Below, piece after piece: positions 9,056 through 19,190 of a stretch of DNA of 37,275 nucleotides. The stretch spans positions 1 to 37,275 of the forward strand of contig JBILDU010000017.1 in the NCBI GenBank assembly GCA_044352465.1. Reading direction: 5' to 3'. This DNA is from Bdellovibrionota bacterium (GTDB lineage: Bacteria; Bdellovibrionota_C; UBA2361). The first letter of the stretch is position 1, and the number at the start of each line of letters is the position of its first letter. The notes under the pieces were generated by a model, which had not been told where the DNA came from, did not search any database, and saw nothing but the letters and a program-made list of their open reading frames with translations. A program made the position numbers and the translations under genes.

Positions 9056-9892
9056 CTAAGCGCGCGACCGATTCATCGAGAGACACGCGAGCCTCAGCAG
9101 CCAGCACACCCCAAGGGAGAGACCGAAGGTGCACACAACGGTTGCTCCGGTTGGGAGATCCAGGACGTATGAGGCTGTAATTCCAGCACCACTCGTTAGC
9201 GCCCCGACGACCCAGCCAACGGCCAATTGGCCTCCGGTGGTCCGGGCGAGGAGCGCGCCACACACCGCGGGCACGATGAGGAATGAGAAGACGAGGAGCA
9301 CCCCGGCCAACTCTGTTGAACTAGTTACCACGAATCCAAAGGTCGAGTAAAACAGCAGGTCCCACCATTTGACCTTGATCCCATGACGTTCCGCGCTGAC
9401 CGGATCCCGCGAGATAAGGAAAAAGTAACGCCGCGCGAGGTAATGAACCAAGCCGACGGCGACATATATAACCGTTATTTTGATGAGCTCTCCGTCGTGA
9501 ACAAAAAGGAGATGTCCGACGAGGAGTGACTTCAGCTCTTCACCCCCTTCGGGAGCGCGGCTAAGAATGAGAACAGCGAGCGCTGCTGCGATCACATAGA
9601 CGATACCGATAAGCGCTTCCTGGGGAACGGGGGAGTCCTTCAGGCGGGTGAGGGTAAGTACGATGGCTCCCAGAAATGTTGCTCCGAGCGCACAGAGATA
9701 TCCCTCGGGGGAATGGAGTCCGTATCCGAGGAGCATCCCAAACGTCGCACCACACGCCGCCACCTGAGCCAAAGCGAGGTCAACAAAGATGACTCCCCGC
9801 GCGACGACGTGAAGCCCAAGGTAGGCGTGCATGCCGCTGAGGATGAGACACGCCAAAAAGGGGCGATACATCAGCTCGATAAAATCCGTCAT
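9056..9892 (-). CDS. Zn/Mn-type (ABC-3) metal ABC transporter permease, ZnuB-like
   Basis: Polytopic hydrophobic protein with GLHVVARGVIFVDLALAQVAACG, EALIGIVY, GVLLVFSFLIVP and LDLPTGATVV. Confidence 0.9.
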   Translation of the reverse strand: MTDFIELMYRPFLACLILSGMHAYLGLHVVARGVIFVDLALAQVAACGATFGMLLGYGLHSPEGYLCALGATFLGAIVLTLTRLKDSPVPQEALIGIVYVIAAALAVLILSRAPEGGEELKSLLVGHLLFVHDGELIKITVIYVAVGLVHYLARRYFFLISRDPVSAERHGIKVKWWDLLFYSTFGFVVTSSTELAGVLLVFSFLIVPAVCGALLARTTGGQLAVGWVVGALTSGAGITASYVLDLPTGATVVCTFGLSLGVCWLLRLACLSMNRSRA

Positions 9893-10845
9893 CGACGTAA
9901 CGCTGCAACGATTGAGTGAATGTTAAAGTCGAGCATGGCGATGTAGCTCGATGCTTCAGGGAGTTCCCCAACATTCTGACAGATCCGAACAACTTTGGCA
10001 CCGCTCTTCGTGGCGACCGCTTCGGCAGCGTCGGTCGGATGAAACGTTGCTTGAACGATGGCGGTGACCTCGGCCTCGCGAACATAAGCGACGATCGCTT
10101 CGATATGCTGAGGGGAGGGGGGAATCCCCGGTTTCGGCTCGAGGAATCGCTCGCTCGTCAGTTTCAGGAAGTCGGTGAGATAGACCCACTCGTTGTGATA
10201 CGCGACGATAGCTCGTCCGCGGTATGGTGCGATGAGCTTTCGCCAACCGGCGATCGCTGCGGTAAGTTTTTCCGTAAAGGATTCGGTGCCGCGGCGGTAG
10301 GCTTCGCCGTTCGCCGGATCCAGGAGCGCGAGCTTCGCTCCGATGGCGTGGGCGATGGTTAGGCCGTTCTCGGGCGAGAGCCAATAGTGCGGATTGCCGT
10401 GAAGGTGGATGTCGCCGTGCGCCCGGGTCACCGCAGCGTTGGGGATCTCGAGCAACGTGATATTGTGTGACAGATCAAGTTCACGCTCTCCGCCCGGTCG
10501 GAGAGCTGGTTTGCCGGCTGCGTTGACCAGGGGCTCTCGCCACGCCTCAAGATCGAGTCCGCTGTGTATAAAAAGGTCAGCCCGCTTCAGTCGCAAAACA
10601 TCGCTTGGCCGTGGCTCGATGAAATGAGGATTGAAGCGGGGAGATGCTATCGCTGTTGTCGTTACATGCGCCCCGCCGATCGCTTGGGCGATGTCCGCGT
10701 ATGAGGCCAACGTCGTGACGACCCGCAGGGGCTCGGCGGTGGCACAGGTGCCACCGCCGAGCATCGCCCCGACCCCCGACATGCCCACCAAAAGGGCGCG
10801 TGTGACCGCGGTGAGTATTCGGCTTTTCCGAAAGAACGGGTGCAT
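9889..10845 (-). CDS. Metal ABC transporter substrate-binding protein, ZnuA/TroA family
   Basis: LRVVTT, NPHFIEPRPSD, GLDLE, GDIHLHGNPHYWLSP, AYH, LEPKPGIPPSPQH; hydrophobic N-terminal signal. Confidence 0.92.
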   Translation of the reverse strand: MHPFFRKSRILTAVTRALLVGMSGVGAMLGGGTCATAEPLRVVTTLASYADIAQAIGGAHVTTTAIASPRFNPHFIEPRPSDVLRLKRADLFIHSGLDLEAWREPLVNAAGKPALRPGGERELDLSHNITLLEIPNAAVTRAHGDIHLHGNPHYWLSPENGLTIAHAIGAKLALLDPANGEAYRRGTESFTEKLTAAIAGWRKLIAPYRGRAIVAYHNEWVYLTDFLKLTSERFLEPKPGIPPSPQHIEAIVAYVREAEVTAIVQATFHPTDAAEAVATKSGAKVVRICQNVGELPEASSYIAMLDFNIHSIVAALRR

Positions 10846-10852
10846 ACGCTTC

Positions 10853-12103
10853 CTACTGGATCATGTGTTTGTGGACACCGATAGCGAAGGTGCCCTGGAG
10901 AAAGAACCGATTGTCATCAGTTCCGTCGGCCAGGTCGGCCCGTTGATACTGGAGCCGCCACCGGGCGAATTCGCTTTGGTAGAAGGTAATCATCGCGTTA
11001 TACGCCTTATCGGCCGACTGCGCACTCGCCTCTTCGAGGAGGGTCGGCTCCACATAGTCGTACCGGGTTCCCACACCCCACCGATCCGCGAAGCGATAGT
11101 CCGCCAACGCGTAGAGGCCGTAGGGACTGTCGGCGTAAATCTCCTCGAGCCCGTCGTTGCCCGATGTTTCATCGCGTGATTGCAGATAGATCTCGCTCTG
11201 AAGCTTCAACTTATTACGGGGGGTCACATAGTGTATGAACGTTGCATCGATACCAAAAGCTTGGACCTCCGCGCTGCTGTCGTCGTCTTGCGAACCGAGC
11301 AGGTACGTTCCGCCGAGTTCAAACGATGAATCGTCCGAGATATCGAGGAAGTGAGCGAGGTGCCCATAGCCTGACGGACGCCGCCGGGTCTCTCCAAAAA
11401 GCTCACCGTCCTCGCCGACACCTCCCTCCATCACGCCGAGCGTGAGCTCTTGCGTAAAGGTGTCGCCCGAGAGTGGGGTAAAGACCGAGCCTTCAAGGCC
11501 GGTTCGAAAGAGGCCTTCGATTCCGAAGTAGCGTTGCACCACGAGTGGCTCATCGACCGTCTCGAGCGAATCGCGGTGTTGCGCCGTTGCTTTGCCCACC
11601 TTTTGCCGCATGCGCCCGATCCGAGCCAAGGTGTCGTAGGGAAGTCCCGAATAGGTGACCTTGGCCTCCTCGATATCGGGATCCTCGAAGTCAGAGAAGG
11701 TGAGCACCGTATCGAGCCGCGCATACGGGTCGATGTCGTGCCCGAAAACGACCTCGATCTCCCGCACACTCAATCGGTCGTTACCCTCCTCGTCCTCGGA
11801 GCTCCCCGTGCTTGAGGCCACGATGTCGGTAATGACACCGATATCGGGGAGAAACTGCGTTCGTGGGGTGGTTGGCTCCGAACCGGTGGGTCGAGTGGCC
11901 ACCGTTGCGGAGGTTGTGCGGGAGCCGCTCGCCCCTGAGAGCCGATCTATCGTCGCTTGCTGAGTTTGGACTTGGGACTCGAGTCTTCGCACCAGAGCCT
12001 CGAGCTCAGCCAGACGTTGACCTTCGGGCGGCGTGGGGCCCGCGAAAGCGGTCGAAGAGAGGAGGAAAAGAGTGGTCGAGAGAGTCGAGATAAAATTTTT
12101 CAT
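10853..12103 (-). CDS. Outer-membrane beta-barrel, putative metal-uptake porin/receptor
   Basis: Sec signal (..STAFA), coiled-coil N-terminus, PDIGVI, REIEVVFGHDIDPY, IEEA, alternating aromatic beta-strands, SEFARWRLQY, His-containing tail QGTFAIGVHKH; upstream of the znuA-like gene. Confidence 0.8.
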   Translation of the reverse strand: MKNFISTLSTTLFLLSSTAFAGPTPPEGQRLAELEALVRRLESQVQTQQATIDRLSGASGSRTTSATVATRPTGSEPTTPRTQFLPDIGVITDIVASSTGSSEDEEGNDRLSVREIEVVFGHDIDPYARLDTVLTFSDFEDPDIEEAKVTYSGLPYDTLARIGRMRQKVGKATAQHRDSLETVDEPLVVQRYFGIEGLFRTGLEGSVFTPLSGDTFTQELTLGVMEGGVGEDGELFGETRRRPSGYGHLAHFLDISDDSSFELGGTYLLGSQDDDSSAEVQAFGIDATFIHYVTPRNKLKLQSEIYLQSRDETSGNDGLEEIYADSPYGLYALADYRFADRWGVGTRYDYVEPTLLEEASAQSADKAYNAMITFYQSEFARWRLQYQRADLADGTDDNRFFLQGTFAIGVHKHMIQ

Positions 12104-12163
12104 AACTAAAACTTCTTCTTTTATGCCGAGATTCTACGCCACCGCGCTGTGAGCGCGGGGGAG

Positions 12164-12529
12164 CTATCGAGGACTCTCCGAGGTTGTCACCGCGGAGAGA
12201 GAGCTGCAGCGGTAACTGGGCGGCGGGTCGCGAGCGGATGTCGGCGCTTCGGGCTCAACCCCGCACGAGCTGGGGGGAGCTGGGGGTGTGAATCGCGTCT
12301 CTCCGCGGGGTGGCGGAGCATTCACGGGGGCGCTCGTAAGCGCGTGCCCACTCGCTTGGAGTGCCAGGCACTCGGTGCACAGGCTGGCGCGTGAGCTATG
12401 CTCGGGGGGATGTCCCTCGTGGGTATGGGGGAAAAATCGAAGGCTTACCATCACGCCACATGCAGCGAGCGCCAGGGCCAAGAGCGACCGTCGCCAGAGG
12501 CGCATTATGGTGGTGCGGGGTGGTTCCAT
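12164..12529 (-). CDS. DUF2946/CruR-like His/Cys-rich leader protein with RDPP arrest-like motif
   Basis: Basic N-terminus, hydrophobic helix, HTHEGHPPEH, CTEC, Pro-rich linker, then SARDPPP (12232-12218). First gene of the metal-uptake operon. Start could be ATG 12529 or 12505. Confidence 0.75.
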   Translation of the reverse strand: MEPPRTTIMRLWRRSLLALALAACGVMVSLRFFPHTHEGHPPEHSSRASLCTECLALQASGHALTSAPVNAPPPRGETRFTPPAPPSSCGVEPEAPTSARDPPPSYRCSSLSAVTTSESPR

Positions 12530-12536
12530 CGCCCGG

Positions 12537-12565
12537 ACCTTAGTGCAACTTGGGTGCGTTTGCAA
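12537..12565 (-). promoter_or_regulatory. sigma70-type promoter of the metal-uptake operon with an imperfect palindrome in the spacer
   Basis: Minus strand TTGCAA(12565-12560)-17 nt-TAAGGT(12542-12537). The spacer reads GTGCAAC-TTG-GGTGCGT on the + strand. Confidence 0.55.
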
Positions 12566-12860
12566 GTCGGTGGCGATTTGGGTCTCGTTTGAAGTGGTCG
12601 GCCAGTAAAGTAAGTGCTTTGATTTGCTCGGCTTTATGCGTTTTGCCGAGGGGGCAATGATGTCCCGTGTCGGGCCCGGTTCGGCGCGACGCTCAAAGTG
12701 AGTTGTAAACCCCGGTACGGTGTTTCAAGGCCGCCGCCGGTTATGCTTAGCCGCGCTGCTGTGATAGTATGCGCCGACTTCGTCGTTTTTCTATCCGTAA
12801 TTGAGCTAAAAGCCCAACGCTCTTTCGAGCATGACGTGGGCTCACGAGGTAGTAATCGCC

Positions 12861-13859
12861 ATGCAAGGAATCTCAGCTATCGTGCCCGTCTACAACGAGG
12901 AGGACAACGTTGTCCTTTCTTACAACGAGCTGACCGCGGTGCTCAGTTCGATGGGGTGTGAGTACGAGATTATCTACGTCGATGACGGCTCACGGGATAA
13001 CTCATTGCCGCGGCTGCGGCAGATTGCAGCTCAAGATGCCCGGGTGCGGGTGGTTCAGTTTCGGCGCAATTTCGGTCAAACGGCCGCGATGGCGGCGGGG
13101 TTTGATCACTCCCGTTTCGATACCGTGGTGACCCTCGATGGTGACCTTCAGAACGATCCTCGGGAGATCCCAGCGATGGTGCGTAAGCTCGCCGAGGGAT
13201 ACGACCTGGTGGCTGGATGGCGTAAAGATCGGAAAGACAAGCTTTTAAGTCGGCGTCTCCCGAGCGTCATCGCCAATTGGCTCATCTCCAAGTCGACCAG
13301 CGTGCAGTTGCACGATTACGGCTGCACCTTGAAGGTCATGACCGGTGAGGTTGCCCGGGGTATAAAGCTATACGGCGAGATGCACCGCTTTATTCCGGCT
13401 CTCGCCGGTGAGATGGGGGCTCGAATAGCCGAGGTGCCGGTGAATCACCGGGCGCGTCGTTTCGGAACCTCGAAGTACGGCATATCCCGGACGTTGCGGG
13501 TAATCCTCGATCTGATAACGGTGAAGTTCCTCCTCGGATACTCCAAACGTCCGATCCATCTTTTCGGAACACTGGGTCTTCTCTCCGGTGGTTTCGGAGC
13601 GCTGCTTTTGGCGATACTCACCTACCAGCGGATGTTTCAAGATGTCCCGATGGGCAATCGTCCGTTGCTGGCGCTCGGTGTGATGCTCGTGATTATCGGA
13701 CTTCAATTCCTTGTTTTTGGCCTTATCGGCGAGGTCCTGGCGCGGACGTACTACGAGTCGCAAGATAAGCGGATTTATGTGGTTCGCAAAGTTCACGAAC
13801 TCGGTGGTTCGAACGAGCCGACCGACGCAACGGTGTGGCCGCGGAAGGTGGCGAATTAA
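12861..13859 (+). CDS. GT2 polyprenol-phosphate glycosyltransferase (DPM1/ArnC-like)
   Basis: ISAIVPVYNEE, YVDDGSRD, FRRNFGQTAAM, TLDGDLQNDP, LYGEMHRFIP and two C-terminal TM helices; GAGG upstream of ATG 12861. Confidence 0.92.
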   Translation: MQGISAIVPVYNEEDNVVLSYNELTAVLSSMGCEYEIIYVDDGSRDNSLPRLRQIAAQDARVRVVQFRRNFGQTAAMAAGFDHSRFDTVVTLDGDLQNDPREIPAMVRKLAEGYDLVAGWRKDRKDKLLSRRLPSVIANWLISKSTSVQLHDYGCTLKVMTGEVARGIKLYGEMHRFIPALAGEMGARIAEVPVNHRARRFGTSKYGISRTLRVILDLITVKFLLGYSKRPIHLFGTLGLLSGGFGALLLAILTYQRMFQDVPMGNRPLLALGVMLVIIGLQFLVFGLIGEVLARTYYESQDKRIYVVRKVHELGGSNEPTDATVWPRKVAN

Positions 13860-13905
13860 CGGAGGATGGTACCCGCGCCGACTCCTTTTCAGATAACGGT
13901 TCTCC

Positions 13906-15099
13906 GTGGTGGGTATTTCCTTTGACCAGAGCGCGGTTGATGCAGTGGGCGTTGAGCCCGCGCCGCGTCAGGTGGCTGCGCGTCCTTTTCGCATCTTATT
14001 CGACGGTCGTAAGCTCGGACACGGGGGCATCGGGGTGTATGCTGAGAACCTTATCGCTGGGCTTGTCGAGACACCGGGTGTCGCCGTTGCTGTGGCGGGC
14101 GATCCGGTAAAGATCGAGGCGTACCCGTGGGCGGAGGCGGTCACGATCGTTCCCACCCAGGCTACCCCGTACTCCCTCAATGAGATTTTTGTGCTTGGCG
14201 CGGAGCTCAACGCGGTCCCGTGTGATGTCTTTCACACTCCGCATTACGTTTTGCCGTTTGGACTTCAGATGCCCACCGTTGTCACGGTACACGACCTCAT
14301 TCAGGTGACCCAGCCGGAGCGTTTTTACTACCCCGTGGTGGCTGGGGGGCTCATTCGCTCGGCGCTTCGTCGGGCGACGCGGGTTCTCACCGTGAGCGCT
14401 GCGAGTCAGCGAGAACTGTGTGCATTTGCTCGGACCGACAGGTTGTGTCGCAAGATTTCGATTATTCCCAACGCTGTCGATCCAACCTTTACCCGGCCCG
14501 TGGCCGAGTTGGGTATCGAGGGAAGTTTTAACCTGCCCTCACCGTATCTTCTTTCGGTTGTATCGATGGCGAAGCCCCATAAAGGGGTTGCGCCGCTGAT
14601 CGAGGCGTTCGCCTGGGCGCGCGAGCGGAGTATCGCGGTATCGAAGGCGACTCTCGCCCTGGTAGGATACGGAGCAAACGGTGAGGTGATCCGCTCATTA
14701 GCGAGTCGGTACGGCTGTAGCGATGCGGTCCGTATCCTCGGGCGAGTGACCAAGCCCGAGCTCGCCGCGTTGTACGCCGGTGCACGCGGGGTGGTGTGTC
14801 CATCGCGGGCCGAGGGCTTTTGTCTCCCGGTGCTCGAGGCTCACGCCGCGGGGACTCCGGTCGTCGTAACTCCGGTACCAGCGATCCAGGAGCTCGTAAC
14901 CTCGGCCGATGTGGTGTGTGATGACTTTTCAGTGGGAGCGCTTGGTCGAGGCATGATGACGTTTCTGGAGCGACCCGAGGTTACTTTCGGGGCGCGGGGT
15001 GAGGTTATTGCACAGTATAGCCGTCGCGCAGTCGCTGAGAGAGCTTTAGCCGTCTATCGCGAAGCGGCAACTCAGTTTCGGCGTGAGGCGGGTCGATGA
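13906..15099 (+). CDS. GT4 glycosyltransferase (MtfB-like)
   Basis: DGRKLGHGGIGVY, VVTVHDLI, KPHKG, PSRAEGFCLPVLEA. Start uncertain. Confidence 0.9.
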   Translation: MVGISFDQSAVDAVGVEPAPRQVAARPFRILFDGRKLGHGGIGVYAENLIAGLVETPGVAVAVAGDPVKIEAYPWAEAVTIVPTQATPYSLNEIFVLGAELNAVPCDVFHTPHYVLPFGLQMPTVVTVHDLIQVTQPERFYYPVVAGGLIRSALRRATRVLTVSAASQRELCAFARTDRLCRKISIIPNAVDPTFTRPVAELGIEGSFNLPSPYLLSVVSMAKPHKGVAPLIEAFAWARERSIAVSKATLALVGYGANGEVIRSLASRYGCSDAVRILGRVTKPELAALYAGARGVVCPSRAEGFCLPVLEAHAAGTPVVVTPVPAIQELVTSADVVCDDFSVGALGRGMMTFLERPEVTFGARGEVIAQYSRRAVAERALAVYREAATQFRREAGR

Positions 15100-16289
15100 A
15101 AGTAGCGTTGGTGCACGATTGGCTGACCGGACTTCGCGGTGGGGAGCGATGCCTCCAGGCGTTTCTAAAAATGTACCCCTCCGCTGATATATTCACGTTA
15201 CTGCATGTACCGGGCGCTACCGCTCCAGAGATCGATGCGCGGGTCAAAAAAACCTCGTTCCTTCAAAGACTCCCCGGTGTGGCGCGTTACTACCGGGCGC
15301 TCTTACCGTTGTTTCCGCGGGCGGTGCGGTCGTTCGATCTGCGCGGGTACGATCTGGTTATCTCTCTCAGTCACGCGGCGGCGAAAAACGTAGTTGTTCC
15401 TGAGGGAACGCTTCATCTTTGCTACTGCTTTACGCCGATGCGGTATATCTGGGACCAGGTGAGAGTCTACTTCGGGAGACTCACTCCGTTGTTGTGGCCG
15501 ATCATTCGGGCGCTCCGCTCGTGGGATCGGCGTGGAAGCAAGGGGGTCGATCGTTTTGTGGCGATCAGCGATTTCGTGGCGGCGCGGATTCGTTTCTTCT
15601 ATAAGCGTTCCGCAGAGGTCGTCTACCCCCCGGTTGAGACGAGCTGGATCTCTCCGGCGCAGCCGGGGACTCGCGGAGAAGCTTTTCTCTACGCGGGGGC
15701 GCTCGTGCCGTACAAACGTCCGGACCTCGTCGTGGCGGCTTTTCGGGAGATCGATGCACCGCTCTGGGTCGTCGGTGGTGGACCTGAGGAGGCCAAACTC
15801 AGAGCAATCGCGGGGCCGAACGTAACGTTCATGGGACGGGTGTCGGACAGTGAGCTAGGGGAGTATCTCCGACGGTGTCGTGCGTTGATCTTTCCGGGCA
15901 CCGAGGACTTCGGCATCCTACCGCTCGAATGTCTCGCTGCCGGTCGACCCGTCATCGGTCTCTACGATGGTGCCTTGCGGGAGACACTATCAGGGTTACG
16001 GCCGTGGGAGGAAAGTCGGGTTGATGGAACAGCTCCGACCGGGGTATTTATACCGAAGGGGCGGGGTGGCGAGGTTGCCGCGATCGTTGAAGCGGTCAAG
16101 ATATTTTGTGCGCAGGAGGACCGGTTCTCCGTTGAGGCGTGTGTTGCCCAAGCCCGTTGTTTTACCCCCGACCGTTTCTACCAGTCGTGGCACCGCGTGG
16201 TGCAGCGGTGCGTTGCAGAGCAAGCCCGTAGTGCCGCGGGAGTGCCCTCACCGCAGCTAACACCGGTGGGCGATGAGGCGCAGGTGTAA
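15096..16289 (+). CDS. GT4 glycosyltransferase (WbaZ-like, probable mannosyltransferase)
   Basis: MKVALVHDWLTGLRGGER, YCFTPMRYIWD, LVPYKR, EDFGILPLECLAAGRPVI; ATGA overlap with the upstream gene. Confidence 0.92.
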   Translation: MKVALVHDWLTGLRGGERCLQAFLKMYPSADIFTLLHVPGATAPEIDARVKKTSFLQRLPGVARYYRALLPLFPRAVRSFDLRGYDLVISLSHAAAKNVVVPEGTLHLCYCFTPMRYIWDQVRVYFGRLTPLLWPIIRALRSWDRRGSKGVDRFVAISDFVAARIRFFYKRSAEVVYPPVETSWISPAQPGTRGEAFLYAGALVPYKRPDLVVAAFREIDAPLWVVGGGPEEAKLRAIAGPNVTFMGRVSDSELGEYLRRCRALIFPGTEDFGILPLECLAAGRPVIGLYDGALRETLSGLRPWEESRVDGTAPTGVFIPKGRGGEVAAIVEAVKIFCAQEDRFSVEACVAQARCFTPDRFYQSWHRVVQRCVAEQARSAAGVPSPQLTPVGDEAQV

Positions 16290-16309
16290 GGAGAGGCTCT
16301 GACGGAGTC

Positions 16310-17713
16310 ATGTTAAAGCAAAAACGGCATTTTTTTGAGCTCCTCTTCGTTGCGGCGGATCTCTTCGTGGTATCGCTGGCGTGGTGTTGCGCCTACTGGC
16401 TCCGTTTTCAGACCGACTTTATCCCGGTCGAGAAGGGGATTCCTCCCTTTTCGAACTATTTCTCGATGCTCCTGTTTATTTGGGTCATCTGGGCGTTCGT
16501 CTTTCGACGGGTAGGATTATATCGGCCGATGCGAGGAGTGCGGCGGGTACGCGAGATGATGTTGCTTTTTCAGGCCAACATCTTCGCCTTGCTGTTACTG
16601 ATCGCGGTAACCTACCTCTTTCGGGAGAAGACGATGGAGTTCTCCCGTCTCGTCTTCGTGTACTTCGGAATCGGGGCGATCGTCTTCACGGTCATCGAAC
16701 GTTTTTTCTTGCGCGGGCTTTTACGGGAGGTTCGTCGCCAGGGGTACAACCTGCGGTACATGTTGATCGTTGGAGCGGGTAAGCTGGCGGGGGATATCGC
16801 CACGCGGATTCGCCTCCGGCGCGAACTCGGTATCCAGCTCATCGGTTGTTTATCGAAGGACGGGGTTGATAAAAAAGGGCCACGCGGGGTTCCGATCGTG
16901 GGAGCCTACGGTGATCTCGGGGAGATGCTGAAGACCCGCGACATCGACCAGGTCATGGTGGCCCTCCCCCTGGAAGATAATCATCTTCTCCCCGATATCA
17001 TGTCACGTATCGGTGACTCGCTCGTGGATATCAAAATCATCCCCGATCTCTACCAGTTCGTGAGTGTTGGTGGCGCGATTGAGGAGTTCGAGGGGCTCCC
17101 CGTCATTAGTCTTCAGGAGTCCCCGATCGATGGGATCAATCTGGTCACGAAGCGTATCCTTGATCTGACGCTCGCGTTGACGATAAGTATCGTCATTTCG
17201 CCGCTCCTCCTGCTTATCGCGATTCTGGTGAAAACGACCTCGCGCGGACCGATTTTTTATAAGCAAGAGCGGGTGAGCGTCGACGGGAGCTCCTTTTCTA
17301 TCCTTAAATTTCGCACGATGTACACCGATGCTGAAACCCACGGCCCGGGTTGGACAACGAAGGGGGATAGTCGGGTGACCCCGCTCGGTCGGTTCTTGCG
17401 GAGCTGGAGCCTCGATGAGCTTCCACAGCTTTTGAACGTCCTGCGGGGCGATATGTCGATCGTGGGGCCCCGTCCGGAGCGCCCCGTTTTTATCAACGAA
17501 TTCCGCCAGCGGATTCCCCGTTACATGCTGCGGCATAAGGTCCCCGCCGGGATGACTGGGTGGGCACAGGTCAATGGCTGGCGGGGGGATACGTCGATCG
17601 ACAAGCGGATCGAATACGACCTTTATTATATCGAGAACTGGTCGCTCGCCCTCGACCTCAAGATATTGTTCATGACGATATTCAAGGGGTTCCGCGACCG
17701 AAATGCCTATTGA
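16310..17713 (+). CDS. wcaJ: Undecaprenyl-phosphate glucose phosphotransferase (priming GT)
   Basis: Four N-terminal TMs, LIVGAG domain, [54 protein letters not shown]. Confidence 0.93.
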   Translation: MLKQKRHFFELLFVAADLFVVSLAWCCAYWLRFQTDFIPVEKGIPPFSNYFSMLLFIWVIWAFVFRRVGLYRPMRGVRRVREMMLLFQANIFALLLLIAVTYLFREKTMEFSRLVFVYFGIGAIVFTVIERFFLRGLLREVRRQGYNLRYMLIVGAGKLAGDIATRIRLRRELGIQLIGCLSKDGVDKKGPRGVPIVGAYGDLGEMLKTRDIDQVMVALPLEDNHLLPDIMSRIGDSLVDIKIIPDLYQFVSVGGAIEEFEGLPVISLQESPIDGINLVTKRILDLTLALTISIVISPLLLLIAILVKTTSRGPIFYKQERVSVDGSSFSILKFRTMYTDAETHGPGWTTKGDSRVTPLGRFLRSWSLDELPQLLNVLRGDMSIVGPRPERPVFINEFRQRIPRYMLRHKVPAGMTGWAQVNGWRGDTSIDKRIEYDLYYIENWSLALDLKILFMTIFKGFRDRNAY

Positions 17714-17846
17714 GGCGCCCCGACACGGCTTTGCCTTTTTGAGCTAAATTGTCTATACAACTTGGGAATCTCCTCCGAGTAGAGGCAGGAATTTTCAGTC
17801 CGCCGCCCTAGACGTTCGAGCGGCGCACCTTAGCGGAGTACCTACG

Positions 17847-19169
17847 ATGAACATCACAGTAGTTGGATCGGGATATGTTGGCCTTGTGGCAGGCGCTTGC
17901 TTCGCCGAGACCGGAAACGATGTCGTCTGCGTCGATAATGACCCGAAGAAGATTGAGCGACTGAAAGCCGGGGAGATCCCGATTTATGAACCGGGCCTTG
18001 AAGACCTCGTTGAGCGCAACTCGCGCGAAGGTCGTCTTAAGTTTACCACCTCTCTACAAGAGGGAGTTGAGTCGGGACGGGTGATCTTTATCGCGGTCGG
18101 CACCCCTCAAGATGAGGATGGGTCCGCCGATCTTACTCACGTGCTGGCGGTGGCGAAGGGGATCGGCCAATTCATGAACGGCCCCAAAATAATCGTTGAT
18201 AAGTCGACGGTCCCGGTTGGCACGGCGGAGCTGGTGCGCAAAGCGATTGCCCAAGAGACGAAGCATGAGTTCGAGGTCGTCAGTAATCCCGAGTTTTTGA
18301 AAGAGGGCGCCGCGATAGACGATTTTATGAAACCGGATCGGGTCGTTGTCGGTGTGCCGAGTGAGAAGTCGGGGGCGGTGATGCGTGAGCTCTACGCACC
18401 GTTCGTGCGCACCAATAATCCGATTCTCGTCATGGACGTGCCCTCGGCCGAGATGACGAAATACGCTGCCAACGCGATGCTCGCCACTCGTATCTCGTTT
18501 ATGAATGAGATCGCCAATCTGTGTGAACGGGTGGGCGCCGATGTGGATTCGGTGCGTGTCGGTATCGGTACCGATTCGAGAATCGGAATGAGTTTCCTTT
18601 TTCCGGGTATCGGCTACGGTGGTTCGTGCTTTCCGAAGGACGTCCAGGCACTTATTCGCACGGCCAAGAACTACGGCCTTACCTTTGAGGTTGCTCAAGC
18701 GGTTGAGGTAGTGAACAAAAAGCAAAAGTCGGTGATGAGTGCGCGAATACGGAGCCACTTCGGCGATGCTGGTGTCAAAGGTAAGAAATTTGCTTTGTGG
18801 GGACTCGCCTTCAAGCCGAAGACCGATGATACCCGCGAAGCTCCAGCGTTGACCGTGTGTGAGGAGCTCCTCGCATTAGGGGCAACGATTCAGGCGTTCG
18901 ACCCCGAAGCCAACGAGACTTTTAAGGCGCGAATCGGCGAGCCAGCCGGCTTAACCTACACCACCAACAACTACGCCGCGTTGGAGGGCGCTGACGCACT
19001 CCTCATCTGCACTGAGTGGAACGAGTTCCGTCGCCCGAGCTTCGAGCGGATGAAGAAGGCCCTCAAACACCCGCTGGTATTCGATGGGCGAAATATCTTC
19101 TCCCGGGCGGAGATGGAGAAGGAAGGCTTTACCTATTACTCAGTCGGCCGCCCAACGGTCGGCGCTTAA
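17847..19169 (+). CDS. ugd: UDP-glucose 6-dehydrogenase
   Basis: [51 protein letters not shown]. Confidence 0.96.
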   Translation: MNITVVGSGYVGLVAGACFAETGNDVVCVDNDPKKIERLKAGEIPIYEPGLEDLVERNSREGRLKFTTSLQEGVESGRVIFIAVGTPQDEDGSADLTHVLAVAKGIGQFMNGPKIIVDKSTVPVGTAELVRKAIAQETKHEFEVVSNPEFLKEGAAIDDFMKPDRVVVGVPSEKSGAVMRELYAPFVRTNNPILVMDVPSAEMTKYAANAMLATRISFMNEIANLCERVGADVDSVRVGIGTDSRIGMSFLFPGIGYGGSCFPKDVQALIRTAKNYGLTFEVAQAVEVVNKKQKSVMSARIRSHFGDAGVKGKKFALWGLAFKPKTDDTREAPALTVCEELLALGATIQAFDPEANETFKARIGEPAGLTYTTNNYAALEGADALLICTEWNEFRRPSFERMKKALKHPLVFDGRNIFSRAEMEKEGFTYYSVGRPTVGA

Positions 19170-19190
19170 TCGTTTCGGGGGAAAGGTTCC

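Noticed and set aside
17731..17759. TTGCCT-17-TATACA candidate promoter for ugd
   Set aside because: The -10 element lacks the conserved final T; too weak to call
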